Shown here piece by piece: positions 11,001 through 21,152 of a stretch of 45,301 bases of DNA. The stretch comes from Pachysolen tannophilus NRRL Y-2460 (lineage: Eukaryota). The notes below the pieces were generated by a model. The model was not told where the DNA came from and did no database searches. It saw only the letters and a program-made list of their open reading frames with translations. Every line of letters begins with the position of its first letter. Position 1 is the stretch's first letter. A program made the position numbers and the translations under genes. Location: NCBI GenBank assembly GCA_001661245.1, contig KV454013.1, positions 393,005 to 438,305 of the forward strand, written 5' to 3'.

Positions 11001-12992
11001 TTGAGAACTTACACTGAGTTTTTTGATAATTCTAAAAAGAGAGATGTTGATCTGGATGATAAAAAAAATGAAAATGATGAGACTCCGAATAAAGATTCAA
11101 GAAGTGACTTTGGAAGAAGAATTTTGGCAACAGTCGCCGCAGGCATTTCTAATATTAAAGATGAAGATGAAGATCATGAGCCTGGATATATATTAGCAAT
11201 ACGTCCAACGAAACCCATAGTTTGGAATGGGAAAGTTGTAAATTTAGATCTAGACACTATACCTTTGATGCATATCAAACCTGGTAAATTATTATTAATT
11301 ACTCAAGGTGGTTCCGTTAAAAATTTGTCTCGATCAGTATCCAATTTTCTTGATTGTGTTGATGATACAATTGGTGCACTGCAAGAAAAAAGATGTTCGT
11401 TACCTAAAGTTGAACATGAGTTATCTAAAATCAACAGGACCTTTTATAGAATGGTCTTAACCGTTTTGGACTCAATGCCAATGGCCAGAAATCAATGTAA
11501 GGGTATAGGAGACTGTCAGGAATTGGTGAACAATTTATTCATCTATGTTAGAGATTTTGGTAGAAATGTACTCAGAAACTTTGATGAAAATAAAAAATCT
11601 GAAATAATAATGAAATTGATCCAATTAAGTATCGAATGGGTTTCTTTTATTGTTGACGACTGTGTACCAACTGAAAAGAAAACTTTCAAATGGTGCGTTT
11701 TGGCTTTAGAGTTTGCCATGGAAATGACTACAGGCTTAAATATTTTGACTTTGACCGAAGATCAATTTTATAGATTAAAATTGAAAGTCGGTGGCTGTAT
11801 GTCTTTGTTAATTTCGCACTTTGATGTCATGGGTGCAAGATCCAACGAAAGAGAGAAAAAGAGACTATTGAACTGGTCACTTCAAAAACAGAAATCTCTT
11901 GATTTATATGAGAAAGATGAGGATGTGTTGGCTGCATTGCATGAAGATATAATGAAGAACATTGAAGTATTAGAAGCTCAAAGACATAAATTGCAAGAAG
12001 AACAACAATCCGTAGGTAGAGTATTGGATGACACTGATACTGAGAACCAGTTTTTGACATTCTTGGCTTCATCTTTTTCATCGGTTTCAATTAGATGGCA
12101 AAAAGGTCGGTTTATTGGCGGGGGTACTTTCGGGAGTGTTTATGCTTCAATCAATTTGGATACTGGTGGTGTTATGGCTGTTAAAGAAATTAGATTCCAG
12201 CATACCCAATCAATTAAAAATGTTGTTCCTGCTATTAAGGATGAAATGACTGTCTTGGAAATGTTGTCGCATCCGAATATTGTTCAGTATTTTGGTGTTG
12301 AAGTACATCGTGATAAAGTTTATATTTTCATGGAATTTTGTGAGGGTGGTTCTCTTGCTGGATTATTGGAGCATGGTAGAATAGAAGACGAAACTGTTAT
12401 TCAAGTATATACATTACAAATGTTGGAAGGATTAGCCTATTTACATCAATCGGGCATTGTTCATCGTGATATAAAACCGGAAAATATATTATTGGATCAC
12501 ATGGGAGTGATCAAGTATGTCGATTTTGGAGCGGCCAAGGTCATAGCAACCGGTGGTAGATCAACATTGGCAACTAATCATAGTAACGCTACTAGTACTG
12601 GAAATGGATCAAGAAAATTGAATAGTATGACTGGAACTCCAATGTACATGTCTCCAGAAGTAATCACTGGTTCTTCTAGTGGTCGTCATGGAAGTGTTGA
12701 TATATGGTCTTTGGGTTGTTGCGTATTAGAAATGGCAACTGGAAGGAGACCTTGGGCAAATTTGGATAATGAGTGGGCTATCATGTATCACATTGCTGCT
12801 GGTCATTTACCACAATTTCCTAGTTCAGATCAGTTGAGTGAAGCCGGTATGAAATTTTTAAGCAAATGCTTAGAACATGATCCGAACAAAAGAGTTAGCG
12901 CTGTTGAACTTTTGAATGATCCTTGGATAATGAACATTAGAAATGAAGCATTTGGTGATAGTACTTCGTCTTCAGAGGTAGGAGATAATTAA
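8079..12992 (+). CDS. SSK2: HOG-pathway MAPKKK Ssk2/Ssk22
   Basis: First in-frame ATG is at 8079. Conserved ERLEWQSML..VLTGDVVKSEK block and C-terminal kinase domain (GGGTFG, AVKEI, HRDIKPEN, DFG, GTPMYMSPE, RRPWANLDNEWAIMYHIAAG). Confidence 0.95.
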   Translation: MKKIDTSVHQSSDGDNKSSLSTPTTQQLPNVTISTTPKNVSPVTGRRVSNPSSTISRSKLLQKISSPTSSVNNSGSGLNSGGVSGVLNSGGNSGSGANNSNTTTSSLQNSISSFHISKSGRPQSRTPSSLNTSPRSTATTTAANPNESTMGISRTSSQKRARSRSVTNGANNNINNNGTSSAGTNNNLLSPGIASAGVNGLHRNNSNSNLNNVHNTGLNLGSHLNITSTSTTNSGRPSRRHSIIQSNLNSKSNEQYLQQEKVYLRKMQEKNKNNKFVRLIDDYYTKGITTTGEEEDEDEEEDEEEEDEEDDNDDDDEDFEDDDDNIENVVDFETEADRDNCLPLKTVYTKFNNRDHQPETSSKIEPVETDLLVVVVPGAQQQPPGGEVGALGQQQDDKNYLINPNNLANLSVENNLPTVDDTYISERLEWQSMLRSVLTGDVVKSEKIKIIVPMNENESESYLHATYKDNLWIGIKSKIYGRTSEEQKKLILYKRSLADETINKILNFKLEYKDQKTDKTKEDDSYFPSQSVIKERTDYALEQVTAVLDEYESIQDLWRTQKEMRNEKPACGTPEFEDRVDALIAWKSIVELINREESVLKAWVGNDDLDILRKATASTPASPLNTTVTPSTKNNIDNEKKIFRDDSSFVERILKEKDVKLVFDRRIFSNLGPWVAKARDSFLELRYMFELLNLPIYLQQLLNLALFPLKLIKELINVRLVYAKKLKNPTMMMIDQMIDDFRTYLELAMDIRVVLMEYCFPQEGWVMENYIDPTFDQTVLNCVHYYLFLLNRKLLDSSRSPKTFRTFKEPEELEKQWNFLQNLGYYIDGGGLQIAEQFSSLTSKLISRLLTYIQTQFQGPSTYNKNELVRWYTSAMENFGALRRKFTRFSIMINQYFQNSLVFNLQNNKLMKKFLENLKITDHFLIYTGTIEKQGVYLIASGNLFNKQGEILKILNGSQLGVDINKIPESHLKILRTYTEFFDNSKKRDVDLDDKKNENDETPNKDSRSDFGRRILATVAAGISNIKDEDEDHEPGYILAIRPTKPIVWNGKVVNLDLDTIPLMHIKPGKLLLITQGGSVKNLSRSVSNFLDCVDDTIGALQEKRCSLPKVEHELSKINRTFYRMVLTVLDSMPMARNQCKGIGDCQELVNNLFIYVRDFGRNVLRNFDENKKSEIIMKLIQLSIEWVSFIVDDCVPTEKKTFKWCVLALEFAMEMTTGLNILTLTEDQFYRLKLKVGGCMSLLISHFDVMGARSNEREKKRLLNWSLQKQKSLDLYEKDEDVLAALHEDIMKNIEVLEAQRHKLQEEQQSVGRVLDDTDTENQFLTFLASSFSSVSIRWQKGRFIGGGTFGSVYASINLDTGGVMAVKEIRFQHTQSIKNVVPAIKDEMTVLEMLSHPNIVQYFGVEVHRDKVYIFMEFCEGGSLAGLLEHGRIEDETVIQVYTLQMLEGLAYLHQSGIVHRDIKPENILLDHMGVIKYVDFGAAKVIATGGRSTLATNHSNATSTGNGSRKLNSMTGTPMYMSPEVITGSSSGRHGSVDIWSLGCCVLEMATGRRPWANLDNEWAIMYHIAAGHLPQFPSSDQLSEAGMKFLSKCLEHDPNKRVSAVELLNDPWIMNIRNEAFGDSTSSSEVGDN

Positions 12993-13489
12993 AAAAATCA
13001 TAAACTGCTTTTTCATTTTGGTTAGTATTAATTTTTTTTAAGTATATTTTTATTCCATGATATTTTAGAGTTAGTGTTTTTGCCTTTTTACCATGAGTTG
13101 GTGTTGATTTTTTTTTTATAATTCTTAGGTATGTTTAGTTAGTTTATATGTATTCTTTATGTTATTTGGACGGATATAACTATTTTTTAACTTATTTTAC
13201 TGCGATTTTTCTGACTTTTAACTAAGTCAACTTAGAAAATACTGTAAATATGATCGATCATAATTGATTTTTTCCTCGTTATAGACGGACAGCACTACAA
13301 TTTGATTTTTATTAATAGTATATTAACAATTAATCAAAAATCAGAAAGAGGATGAAAATTGTCTTTTAAAACGGAATTTAACAAAACAAAAACATGTATA
13401 TATAAAAAAAAAAAAATACTGATTATGACTTCTAGAAATAAAAAAGCACATTTTCATTTTGACTTCGCTATTCCAAAGCACCTCAAGAA

Positions 13490-13527
<38 letters not shown>

Positions 13528-13914
13528 NNNNNNNNNNNNNNNNNNNNNNNNNNNNNNNNNNNNNNNNNNNNNNNNNNNNNNNNNNNNNNNNNNNNNNNNN
13601 NNNNNNNNNNNNNNNNNNNNNNNNNNNNNNNNNNNNNNNNNNNNNNNNNNNNNNNNNNNNNNNNNNNNNNNNNNNNNNNNNNNNNNNNNNNNNNNNNNNN
13701 NNNNNNNNNNNNNNNNNNNNNNNNNNNNNNNNNNNNNNNNNNNNNNNNNNNNNNNNNNNNNNNNNNNNNNNNNNNNNNNNNNNNNNNNNNNNNNNNNNNN
13801 NNNNNNNNNNNNNNNNNNNNNNNNNNNNNNNNNNNNNNNNNNNNNNNNNNNNNNNNNNNNNNNNNNNNNNNNNNNNNNNNNNNNNNNNNNNNNNNNNNNN
13901 NNNNNNNNNNNNNN
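13528..13914. other. Assembly gap (N run) flanked by long poly-A
   Basis: Run of N with A-tracts on both sides. Confidence 0.99.
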
Positions 13915-13949
<35 letters not shown>

Positions 13950-13971
13950 AAATAAAATAAAAAAGATCATA

Positions 13972-15246
13972 TCATAGCTTGATTTCCTTTTCCTCATCCC
14001 ATAACTTTCTAATAAATCTCCAATGCTTAGCATCTAAGGCCTTATCATCCTTTTCTCCTGTCAAAGTTCCAGAAGGAACATTATTAATTGATAATCCAGA
14101 TAAGTTTGCTAAAGATATGAACTTGTCAATTTGACCATCATTTAAATTTTTGAAATCAACTTCTCTGAAAAATCTTCTTTGCCATTCGATACCTGCAGCC
14201 AGTTCTTTATTTCTTAAGTCACGTTGTTCATTTTCAATTTTTGATTTTTCTTCATGAATTAAATCATAATCACCTTTTTTAATAGCATCTGCAACTTTTT
14301 TCCATGCTTTTCTTGATTCCAAATCATGTTGTTCTTCTATTGGTTTAACTTTTAATCCTTGATAAGGTGATTTTTGAGCATCAAAGAAGATTTCATCTGA
14401 TTTTGATGAAGGAGTAGCAGGACCGCTTGATATATAAGAAATATTTGACCATTGCCCACTAATAGTATATAAAGCATTTTCCTTTTGAGCAGAAGCTAAT
14501 CTATCTTTATAAATTCTTGCTTTAAATGAATTTTTTTTACCAGAAAAATAACCTCTTCCAGAATAATTAATAACAGCTGTATAACCTTTTGAAGATTGAA
14601 TATAAGATTTACCTTCTAATTCAACAAATGGTGATGCTACAATTAAACCTTCAATATGTAAAGGAGGTAAAGTAATTGCATAAGTTTCATCTAAATTTTT
14701 ATATTCTAATAATGCATGACCATATTGTTTAACATTAATTGTTGTTGCTGATATTGAAGCTTTAATACCATTATACCCTTGTAATTCAATATTATTTTTA
14801 TCATTATATATTGCATATGCAGTAATTGGAGGATGATGAGAAACTTGTTCACTTAATAAAACAGTTTCTCCAATTTTTCCATCTTTAGAATCATCAATCC
14901 ATTTACCAACAAATAATTCACCTAAAAATGGATTAAGTGGTTTTTTTTCACTACCCATTTGTTCATTTCTTGAACAATATTGAGATCTTAAAGTTGATAT
15001 AAACCATTTAGTAACAGCAACAAGTCTTTGAAGTGCAGGATCATGAGCATGTTCATCCTCAGTAGTAATGAAATTTGGAGCTATTAATAAATCCGTATGT
15101 TCAGCCCAATACTCCGAATACTCAACTAAAGAAGTTGGAGATAATATAAACGGAGGAGCAGTTAATGATGATAAATCACCATTATACGAAGCAATTGATT
15201 TTAAAAAAGATGTCCAAGATGAAGAAGAAGCAACATTTGATGACAT
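13972..15246 (-). CDS. KES1: Oxysterol-binding protein homolog Osh4/Kes1
   Basis: [37 protein letters not shown] and OSBP signature EQVSHHPP. Confidence 0.93.
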   Translation of the reverse strand: MSSNVASSSSWTSFLKSIASYNGDLSSLTAPPFILSPTSLVEYSEYWAEHTDLLIAPNFITTEDEHAHDPALQRLVAVTKWFISTLRSQYCSRNEQMGSEKKPLNPFLGELFVGKWIDDSKDGKIGETVLLSEQVSHHPPITAYAIYNDKNNIELQGYNGIKASISATTINVKQYGHALLEYKNLDETYAITLPPLHIEGLIVASPFVELEGKSYIQSSKGYTAVINYSGRGYFSGKKNSFKARIYKDRLASAQKENALYTISGQWSNISYISSGPATPSSKSDEIFFDAQKSPYQGLKVKPIEEQHDLESRKAWKKVADAIKKGDYDLIHEEKSKIENEQRDLRNKELAAGIEWQRRFFREVDFKNLNDGQIDKFISLANLSGLSINNVPSGTLTGEKDDKALDAKHWRFIRKLWDEEKEIKL

Positions 15247-15453
15247 CCTTCAATAAATTATTATATCAACCAAAAATAATAAAAAATTAAAAATTATTTT
15301 ATTTTTATTTTTTTCTTTCAATTGTATTCTTTTAACCGCCTAGGCTGGCTTACTTATTCCATCAAACTTTCTCAGGAGAACAACAGAAACAAAATTTCAA
15401 ACCTTTTTTATTTTTTTTTACTTTTTTTGATTATTATTATTTTAACGAAAAAA

Positions 15454-15490
<37 letters not shown>

Positions 15491-16636
15491 CTGGATATAA
15501 ATCAGCAATAGAAAGAGCCAGCTAATTCAATATTTTAGAATAATCTTCGAAAAGATTTAAAGAGAATTGTTATCAACCTTTTTTTTATTTAATTTTATAG
15601 TTAAGTTTAAATCTTCTCTGTTCCACAATTTTTTTTTAAAGTCACAAAAGAAGTAAAACAGAATTTTTTTTGGAACGATTGCACACGACCAATTATTTTT
15701 AGGGGTGTCGTGTTTAAAAGGCTCCGGTTAAGTCCGAGGGGTGATGAAATTTTTGGAGATGTGATAACCGACAATGGATATGAATTATAAAATGGTAAGG
15801 TTTATTGATAATGATATTTGGGATTTTTTAAGATTTGGAATGTAGTTAGAAAGTTTATAAAAAAGGTCTGGGTGTTCTGTTTTTCTTTTTCTTTTTTTTT
15901 TTTTTTTTTTTTTGGTTGTTGGTAGAAGATAAAAGTATGTAATGTGTTTGTAAATTTGTGTAAGTTGAAGATAAAAATATTGAGATTAGTAAGTTATGTG
16001 AATTAGTTTTTTTGATATGTAGATTTAATGAAGTCGAATTATGGAATCAAAGGTTAGAAAATGCTTTTTATTTGAAGGTTTTTTTTTTTTTTTTTTTTTT
16101 TGGCGGTTTTGTATATATATAAAGTTTTTCTTGTTTTCTGGATGTAAGTAAATCTTCTTTTTAGTTAGATAGTAGACAGTAGATACATATCTAGACTCTA
16201 ATGTTTGCTGTTGTTGAGAAAAGATTTGAAAATTTCACTTTTTTGTAATTTGGTATCTACTGTAAGAAAAAATGGAATAGATTCTGTTTCTCCAAAAGTA
16301 CCAGAAAGATAATGATAGGTCTGCTAACAACCCCCTTTTCTCACACCACCATACAATAGGTGACTTTTAGTTACAAAAAGAAAAAAAGTTTCAAATTTTC
16401 TACAATATTGGTGTTTAACACCAAGTTTAAATCAAATATTAGTTTAATAAAAGTTTTTATCTCAGTATTGATTTATAGTAATTTTTGTATGTAAATCGTA
16501 AAGAAGTTTTTTATAATTATGGTGTAATTACTAGCTTTAAGTTTTTTTTCATTTTGAACTTCGAATCTTTTGGGTTAAGTTTTTATATAATTAGATCAGA
16601 CTAAAAAAAACTTTGAATCATTTCATTATTATAAAT

Positions 16637-17320
16637 TTATAAATTTTTATTATAAAGTGTGAAAGTATACTCGAAACCATTTTCTTCGTTATTAACGTTA
16701 AAACCTTTTATATTTCTTTCATTTAAATAATTTTCAATACTTGATTTTTCCCATTGAAAACTATTACTGCCAATTTTATCTTCTTTTGCTTTCGAAAATG
16801 AATTTAAAAAAGTATCCATTTCAATAATTTGATCTTTATCTTTACAATAAACTTCGGTTAACAAAATTTGATCAACAAGATTTTTTTCAAGTACAGAATT
16901 ATATAGCTCACCTCCACCTATAATGAAAATTCTTTCTATTTTGTCATTATACAAATCAGTAACTTCTTTAATACCATTGGTTAAAGAATCCGATATTAAT
17001 ATCTTCCTCTCATTTGAATTAATATTATGCTTCAATAATTCGTCTTTTAAAGTTTCCGTCAACAGCTGCTTATTTCTCGTCAATATAACATTTATTCTAT
17101 CTGGTAGTGGCCGAAACTTTACCGGTATACTTTCCCATGTTTTCCGACCCATTATAACAACATTTTTCTTATCACTTGATGATGTCACACTAGTAACTTG
17201 TTTAAAATATTTCATTTCTTGTTTTAACTTCCAAGGCAATCTACCCTTTTGGCCTATGCCAAAGGAAGGCAACAATGCTGCAACAACTATAGAAACAGGC
17301 GGCTTAGGAGCACTCGTCAT
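16637..17320 (-). CDS. DFR1: Dihydrofolate reductase
   Basis: GIG..GRLPW, EMKYF, VIMGRKTWESIP..FRPLPDRINV, FIIGGGELY and MDTF. Confidence 0.96.
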   Translation of the reverse strand: MTSAPKPPVSIVVAALLPSFGIGQKGRLPWKLKQEMKYFKQVTSVTSSSDKKNVVIMGRKTWESIPVKFRPLPDRINVILTRNKQLLTETLKDELLKHNINSNERKILISDSLTNGIKEVTDLYNDKIERIFIIGGGELYNSVLEKNLVDQILLTEVYCKDKDQIIEMDTFLNSFSKAKEDKIGSNSFQWEKSSIENYLNERNIKGFNVNNEENGFEYTFTLYNKNL

Positions 17321-17402
17321 CTTTCAGCTTTATGAATAGCTCAAATATATATATATATATATTTATATATGTATATAGTTAATGTTAATGTTAGTTAATA
17401 TG

Positions 17403-17408
17403 ACGCGT
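17403..17408. promoter_or_regulatory. MCB element (ACGCGT) upstream of DFR1
   Basis: ACGCGT about 83 bp upstream of the DFR1 ATG; CpG-rich hexamer in AT-rich background. Confidence 0.5.
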
Positions 17409-17458
17409 TTTCCATTTTATTTCAATTTTTCATGTCCATCAATTTGATGTTCATTTCG

Positions 17459-17581
17459 GTGACACCAAAGTGACACCAAAGTGACACAAAAAAAGTGACA
17501 AAAAAAAAAAAGTGACAGCTCCAGTGTAGATGTCACCTTATCTACAATACATCATTTTTGCAAGAAAGTGTCACATGACAC
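17459..17581. repeat. Array of GTGACA motifs (5 direct copies plus inverted TGTCAC copies)
   Basis: GTGACA at 17459, 17470, 17481, 17495 and 17512; TGTCAC at 17531 and 17569; TGACAC at 17576. Confidence 0.85.
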
Positions 17582-17608
17582 AGAGTTCATATTTAGTTTT
17601 ATCTATAA

Positions 17609-17643
<35 letters not shown>

Positions 17644-17653
17644 CATTAAGAGA

Positions 17654-19186
17654 TCAATGCATCCATATTCTAACTTGCTTGTCCTTACCTCCACTTGCCA
17701 CTCTTTTACCATCAACACTCCAATCCACAGCATAAACTTCATCTGAATGACCTGGAAGATCTACTGCTAATTTTTTAGTTTTGACATCCCATACTTTTAA
17801 AGTAGTGTCCTTTGAACAACTTACTAAATACCTACAATCTGAAGACCATGAAGTTTGATATACTGGAGCAACATGACCTCTAAAAGTTGATATAAATTTC
17901 CCATCTTTCCCATCCCATAACTTAATGGAGTTATCGAATGATGCAGAGACAATGTATCTACCATCGGGGGAAAATGAAACATGATTTACTAATTTTTGAT
18001 GTCCTGTCATTCTACATATTGGTTTTGAAGATTTTAAAGGTTCCCATAAATACATTGTAAAATCATCTGAAGCTGTAACCATTCTTTCCACTATTTTACC
18101 ATTTACTTTGGCAATTTTTTCGAAATTTTTGGTAGCTCTTAATTTCCCATCTTCTTCAGAAGTTGGTTTTTCTGATTTATAATCATAAGCTCCCATTCTT
18201 AAAACATGATCTGTTGATAATGAAAGATGATTAACCCAATGAGCATGTGCTTTTAAAGTTTCGATACATTTCCCAGTTTGTGAATCCCACATTTTTATTG
18301 TCTTATCATGGGACAGAGAATAAATGGTTCCTGAACCACTCCATTTTACACATGAAACAGCTGAACTATGACCACTCATTGTGAAAATTGGTGTACACCT
18401 AGCTGTATCCCATATTTTTAAAGATCCATCTTTTGAAGCAGAACATAACCTCGGTTTGTTTCCAGAAGTGACAAGGTGTCTTGGTTCCCAAGCTAAGGAT
18501 GAAACCCATTTGGAATGACCTTTTAAAGCACCACCTATAGGTGTACCTTTTTCACCATCCCATAATCTTATAGTATTATCCATACTCCCCGTTGCAATCA
18601 CATCACCTTCAGGTGACCAATTCACACATAAAACCCAGTTTGTATGCCCAGATAAAGTATGCTTTATAGTTTGAGTATCACAATCCCAAATTCTTGCAGT
18701 TGAATCACCTGCACCAGTAACCATTTTTGAAGAAGTATTTGGAGCAAATTGTGCAGACAATATAGTAGAACCATGACCAGAAATTGTCAGAGATGATCTA
18801 GTAATTGGCTTAACTTTGAAAACCGCCTTTGGAGTATATACTAAAGTCATAAAATCTTCTGTTGTCTTAATACCAGGTTTTAAAATTGAAGTATACAAAT
18901 TATCTATTATATCAACCAAAGTCTCATCCAGATCATCTTTTTTAAGTGCAAAGCTATACGGAACGGGATCATCAGCATCTCCATTCAACTGGTTCATCAA
19001 TTCTTCCAACTGCTGTTCAGTAACAGTACCTGGTACCCTGATACTCCCACCAACAGATTCACCAGTATCTGAAGCAACAAACTTTATCAAAACATTAGGC
19101 ACATCATTCGGTATTATATCAACCTCTCTCGGCTGCTGTGCTAGCCTCTTTTGCTTCTTAGAAGGCGGCGGAATAAACGTGGCCAT
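17654..19186 (-). CDS. RSA4: Rsa4/Notchless WD40 60S ribosome biogenesis factor
   Basis: First ATG is at 19186. N-terminal PPPSKKQK, NLE domain and WD40 repeats (e.g. GHQKLVNHVSFSPDGRYIVSASFDNSIKLWD). Confidence 0.96.
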   Translation of the reverse strand: MATFIPPPSKKQKRLAQQPREVDIIPNDVPNVLIKFVASDTGESVGGSIRVPGTVTEQQLEELMNQLNGDADDPVPYSFALKKDDLDETLVDIIDNLYTSILKPGIKTTEDFMTLVYTPKAVFKVKPITRSSLTISGHGSTILSAQFAPNTSSKMVTGAGDSTARIWDCDTQTIKHTLSGHTNWVLCVNWSPEGDVIATGSMDNTIRLWDGEKGTPIGGALKGHSKWVSSLAWEPRHLVTSGNKPRLCSASKDGSLKIWDTARCTPIFTMSGHSSAVSCVKWSGSGTIYSLSHDKTIKMWDSQTGKCIETLKAHAHWVNHLSLSTDHVLRMGAYDYKSEKPTSEEDGKLRATKNFEKIAKVNGKIVERMVTASDDFTMYLWEPLKSSKPICRMTGHQKLVNHVSFSPDGRYIVSASFDNSIKLWDGKDGKFISTFRGHVAPVYQTSWSSDCRYLVSCSKDTTLKVWDVKTKKLAVDLPGHSDEVYAVDWSVDGKRVASGGKDKQVRIWMH

Positions 19187-19300
19187 ACTCAATAATTATT
19201 CCCCAAGAATCAAAAAAGATCAATATATAGATATATTTCTATATATTTCTACTTTTCTAATAGATTCTTATAAATTTAAAAAGAAAAAAAAAAAAAAAAA

Positions 19301-19339
19301 AAAATTTCATACTGCATATCAAGATGAGAGTGAAAAATT
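19301..19339. promoter_or_regulatory. RiBi regulon PAC and RRPE elements upstream of RSA4
   Basis: GATGAG at 19323-19328 next to TGAAAAATT at 19331-19339, plus AAAATTTCA at 19301. These are the expected elements for a ribosome biogenesis gene. Confidence 0.7.
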
Positions 19340-19584
19340 ATTTTTGAAAAATAAAAAAAAAAATCCAAATTCAAACAAAGTAGTGCACAAAAACTACTGG
19401 AATTCCCAAAACGGCCCAAAAGAGTAATTAAATCTAATACTAGTCGTGTGTATAAACACAAACACCCATTTTTGGTTTTTTAATTTTTTCCACACCTTAT
19501 AGAGGTAGTGTGTTGGAAAACCAATAATGAAAAAAGAAAAAAAACATATCTGGTGTGCAGATGTATATGCATTTATCCACTTAT

Positions 19585-19671
19585 ATGGCTGCTAGCCCTA
19601 ATGATTGCCTTACCACCCATACCAAAAAAATAAAAAAGAAAAAATTGTGTTTTTTTTTTTACACAGTCACG
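19585..19671. promoter_or_regulatory. Ribosomal-protein promoter motifs: Tbf1-like, Rap1-like, Homol-D/Cbf1-like
   Basis: TAGCCCTAA at 19593-19601, CCACCCATAC at 19613-19622 and CAGTCACG at 19664-19671, all upstream of RPL33. Confidence 0.5.
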
Positions 19672-19892
19672 TCCCAATTAAGGAAATTAATCTGCCATTT
19701 GCATTTGAATTTGCACGCAAAAAAAAGCATTTTCCAATTTTTTGTTATTTTTTACACTCATTTTTGGTTTGGTGAAAAACAAATTTTTTCTCTTTTCGAG
19801 GAAGAAAACTTGTATACTTAAATATACAAGTAATCTGAAAAATAATTAGAATAAGTTATTAAATTAAAATAATTCCAAAAAAACATAAAAAA

Positions 19893-20645
19893 ATGGCTGA
19901 ATCACATAGATGTATGTAATGATTGTGGATCCAGATATGGATGATGAATAGATGAGAGTTATATGTGGAAAGAAAAGCTGGAAAGAGACGATATGTTTTA
20001 CCAAACCAAACCAAACCATAAAAAAAAAGAAAAAAATTCATTATTGAATGAACATTAATTGACAAACTGGAAAATTATTATTTATTGTTGTTACTCTTTA
20101 AAGAAAATGAAATGAAAGATAGAGGAACAGAATAGAATATAACAAAAGTGTCTTGTGTGTTTGATATTGGATCTTGGTATTGGAGATGAGCTTTTTTTTC
20201 TTTAACTAGAGGTTGATTGATTATTTTCGATTTCCAAAAATTTTTCTTTTCCCACATATAATAATATTATCTTTTTTCTTAAGTTTCTTTTAAAGATTGA
20301 ATTAAAAATACTAACTTTTTATTTTAACAAAAAAAATTTTTTTTTATAGTATACGTTAAGGGTAAACATTTATCATACCAACGTTCAAAGAGCGTTAACA
20401 ACCCAAATGTTTCTTTAATCAAAATTGAAGGTGTTTCCACTCCAGATGAAGCCAAATTTTACTTGGGTAAAAGAATCGCTTATGTTTACAGAGCTTCAAC
20501 TGAAAAGAAAATCAGAGTAATCTGGGGTAAAGTTACAAGAACTCATGGTAACTCAGGTGTTGTTAGAGCCAATTTCAAGTCAAACTTACCAGCTAGAACT
20601 TTTGGTGCTAGTGTTAGAATCATGTTATATCCAAGTAACATCTAA
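19893..20645 (+). CDS. RPL33: 60S ribosomal protein eL33 (L35A); exon1 19893-19911, intron 19912-20349, exon2 20350-20645; 104 aa
   Basis: Spliced product [20 protein letters not shown]...[15 protein letters not shown] donor, TACTAAC at 20309-20315, TAG acceptor. Confidence 0.97.
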
Positions 20646-20840
20646 ATTGTTTGGTCTTGCTGTTGTTTTGTGTTAATTTATTATCTCTTTTTTATATTTG
20701 TTTCAATAAAACGTACTTTTTTATTCACATCCAGGTTGAGTTATTTTGTTGATATATAATTTTATAAAGAAAAAAAAAGATTTAATATATTTTATGTCGG
20801 TCTCATTAATCAATAGGAATAAGAATTCGGGTTAAACCAT

Positions 20841-20878
20841 TTACCTACCTTACCTACTTAGCTACCTACTTAGCTACC
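20841..20878. repeat. Short degenerate tandem repeat (TACC/TAGCTACCTACT units)
   Basis: ttacctaccttacctacttagctacctacttagctacc. Confidence 0.6.
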
Positions 20879-21152
20879 AACTTTGACTGATTCATTGTAA
20901 ATAAATATTATAGAATTCTGCCATTTTGGTAAAACTCCTAACCGTTTATCGGGTCAAATTAAAAACCAGAAATTTTTCCTAAATTGGTTTTAATCCTCAC
21001 TATATAATCATTCTAGTGTCTTTTTATTTACTTAATTTATTATAATAATTAATTAATTGTATTAATTAATTAATTGTATTAATTAACAAAAATTCATCTG
21101 TATATTCAATTGATTTATAAGTTTTTTTTTTGAAAAAAAAAAAAAATTAGAA

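Noticed and set aside
13341..14033. ORFs spanning the first N gap (poly-K, poly-F, X)
   Set aside because: Artefacts of Ns and flanking poly-A.
15246..19893. U3 snoRNA expected near RPL33/DFR1 from S. cerevisiae synteny
   Set aside because: I found no box A'/A-like sequence (TACTTCA/GGATCATTTCT) by eye. It may lie elsewhere or in a gap; an Infernal scan is needed.
19941..19990. C-box-like ATGATGA in the RPL33 intron (possible intronic snoRNA)
   Set aside because: No convincing downstream CTGA D box or terminal stem.
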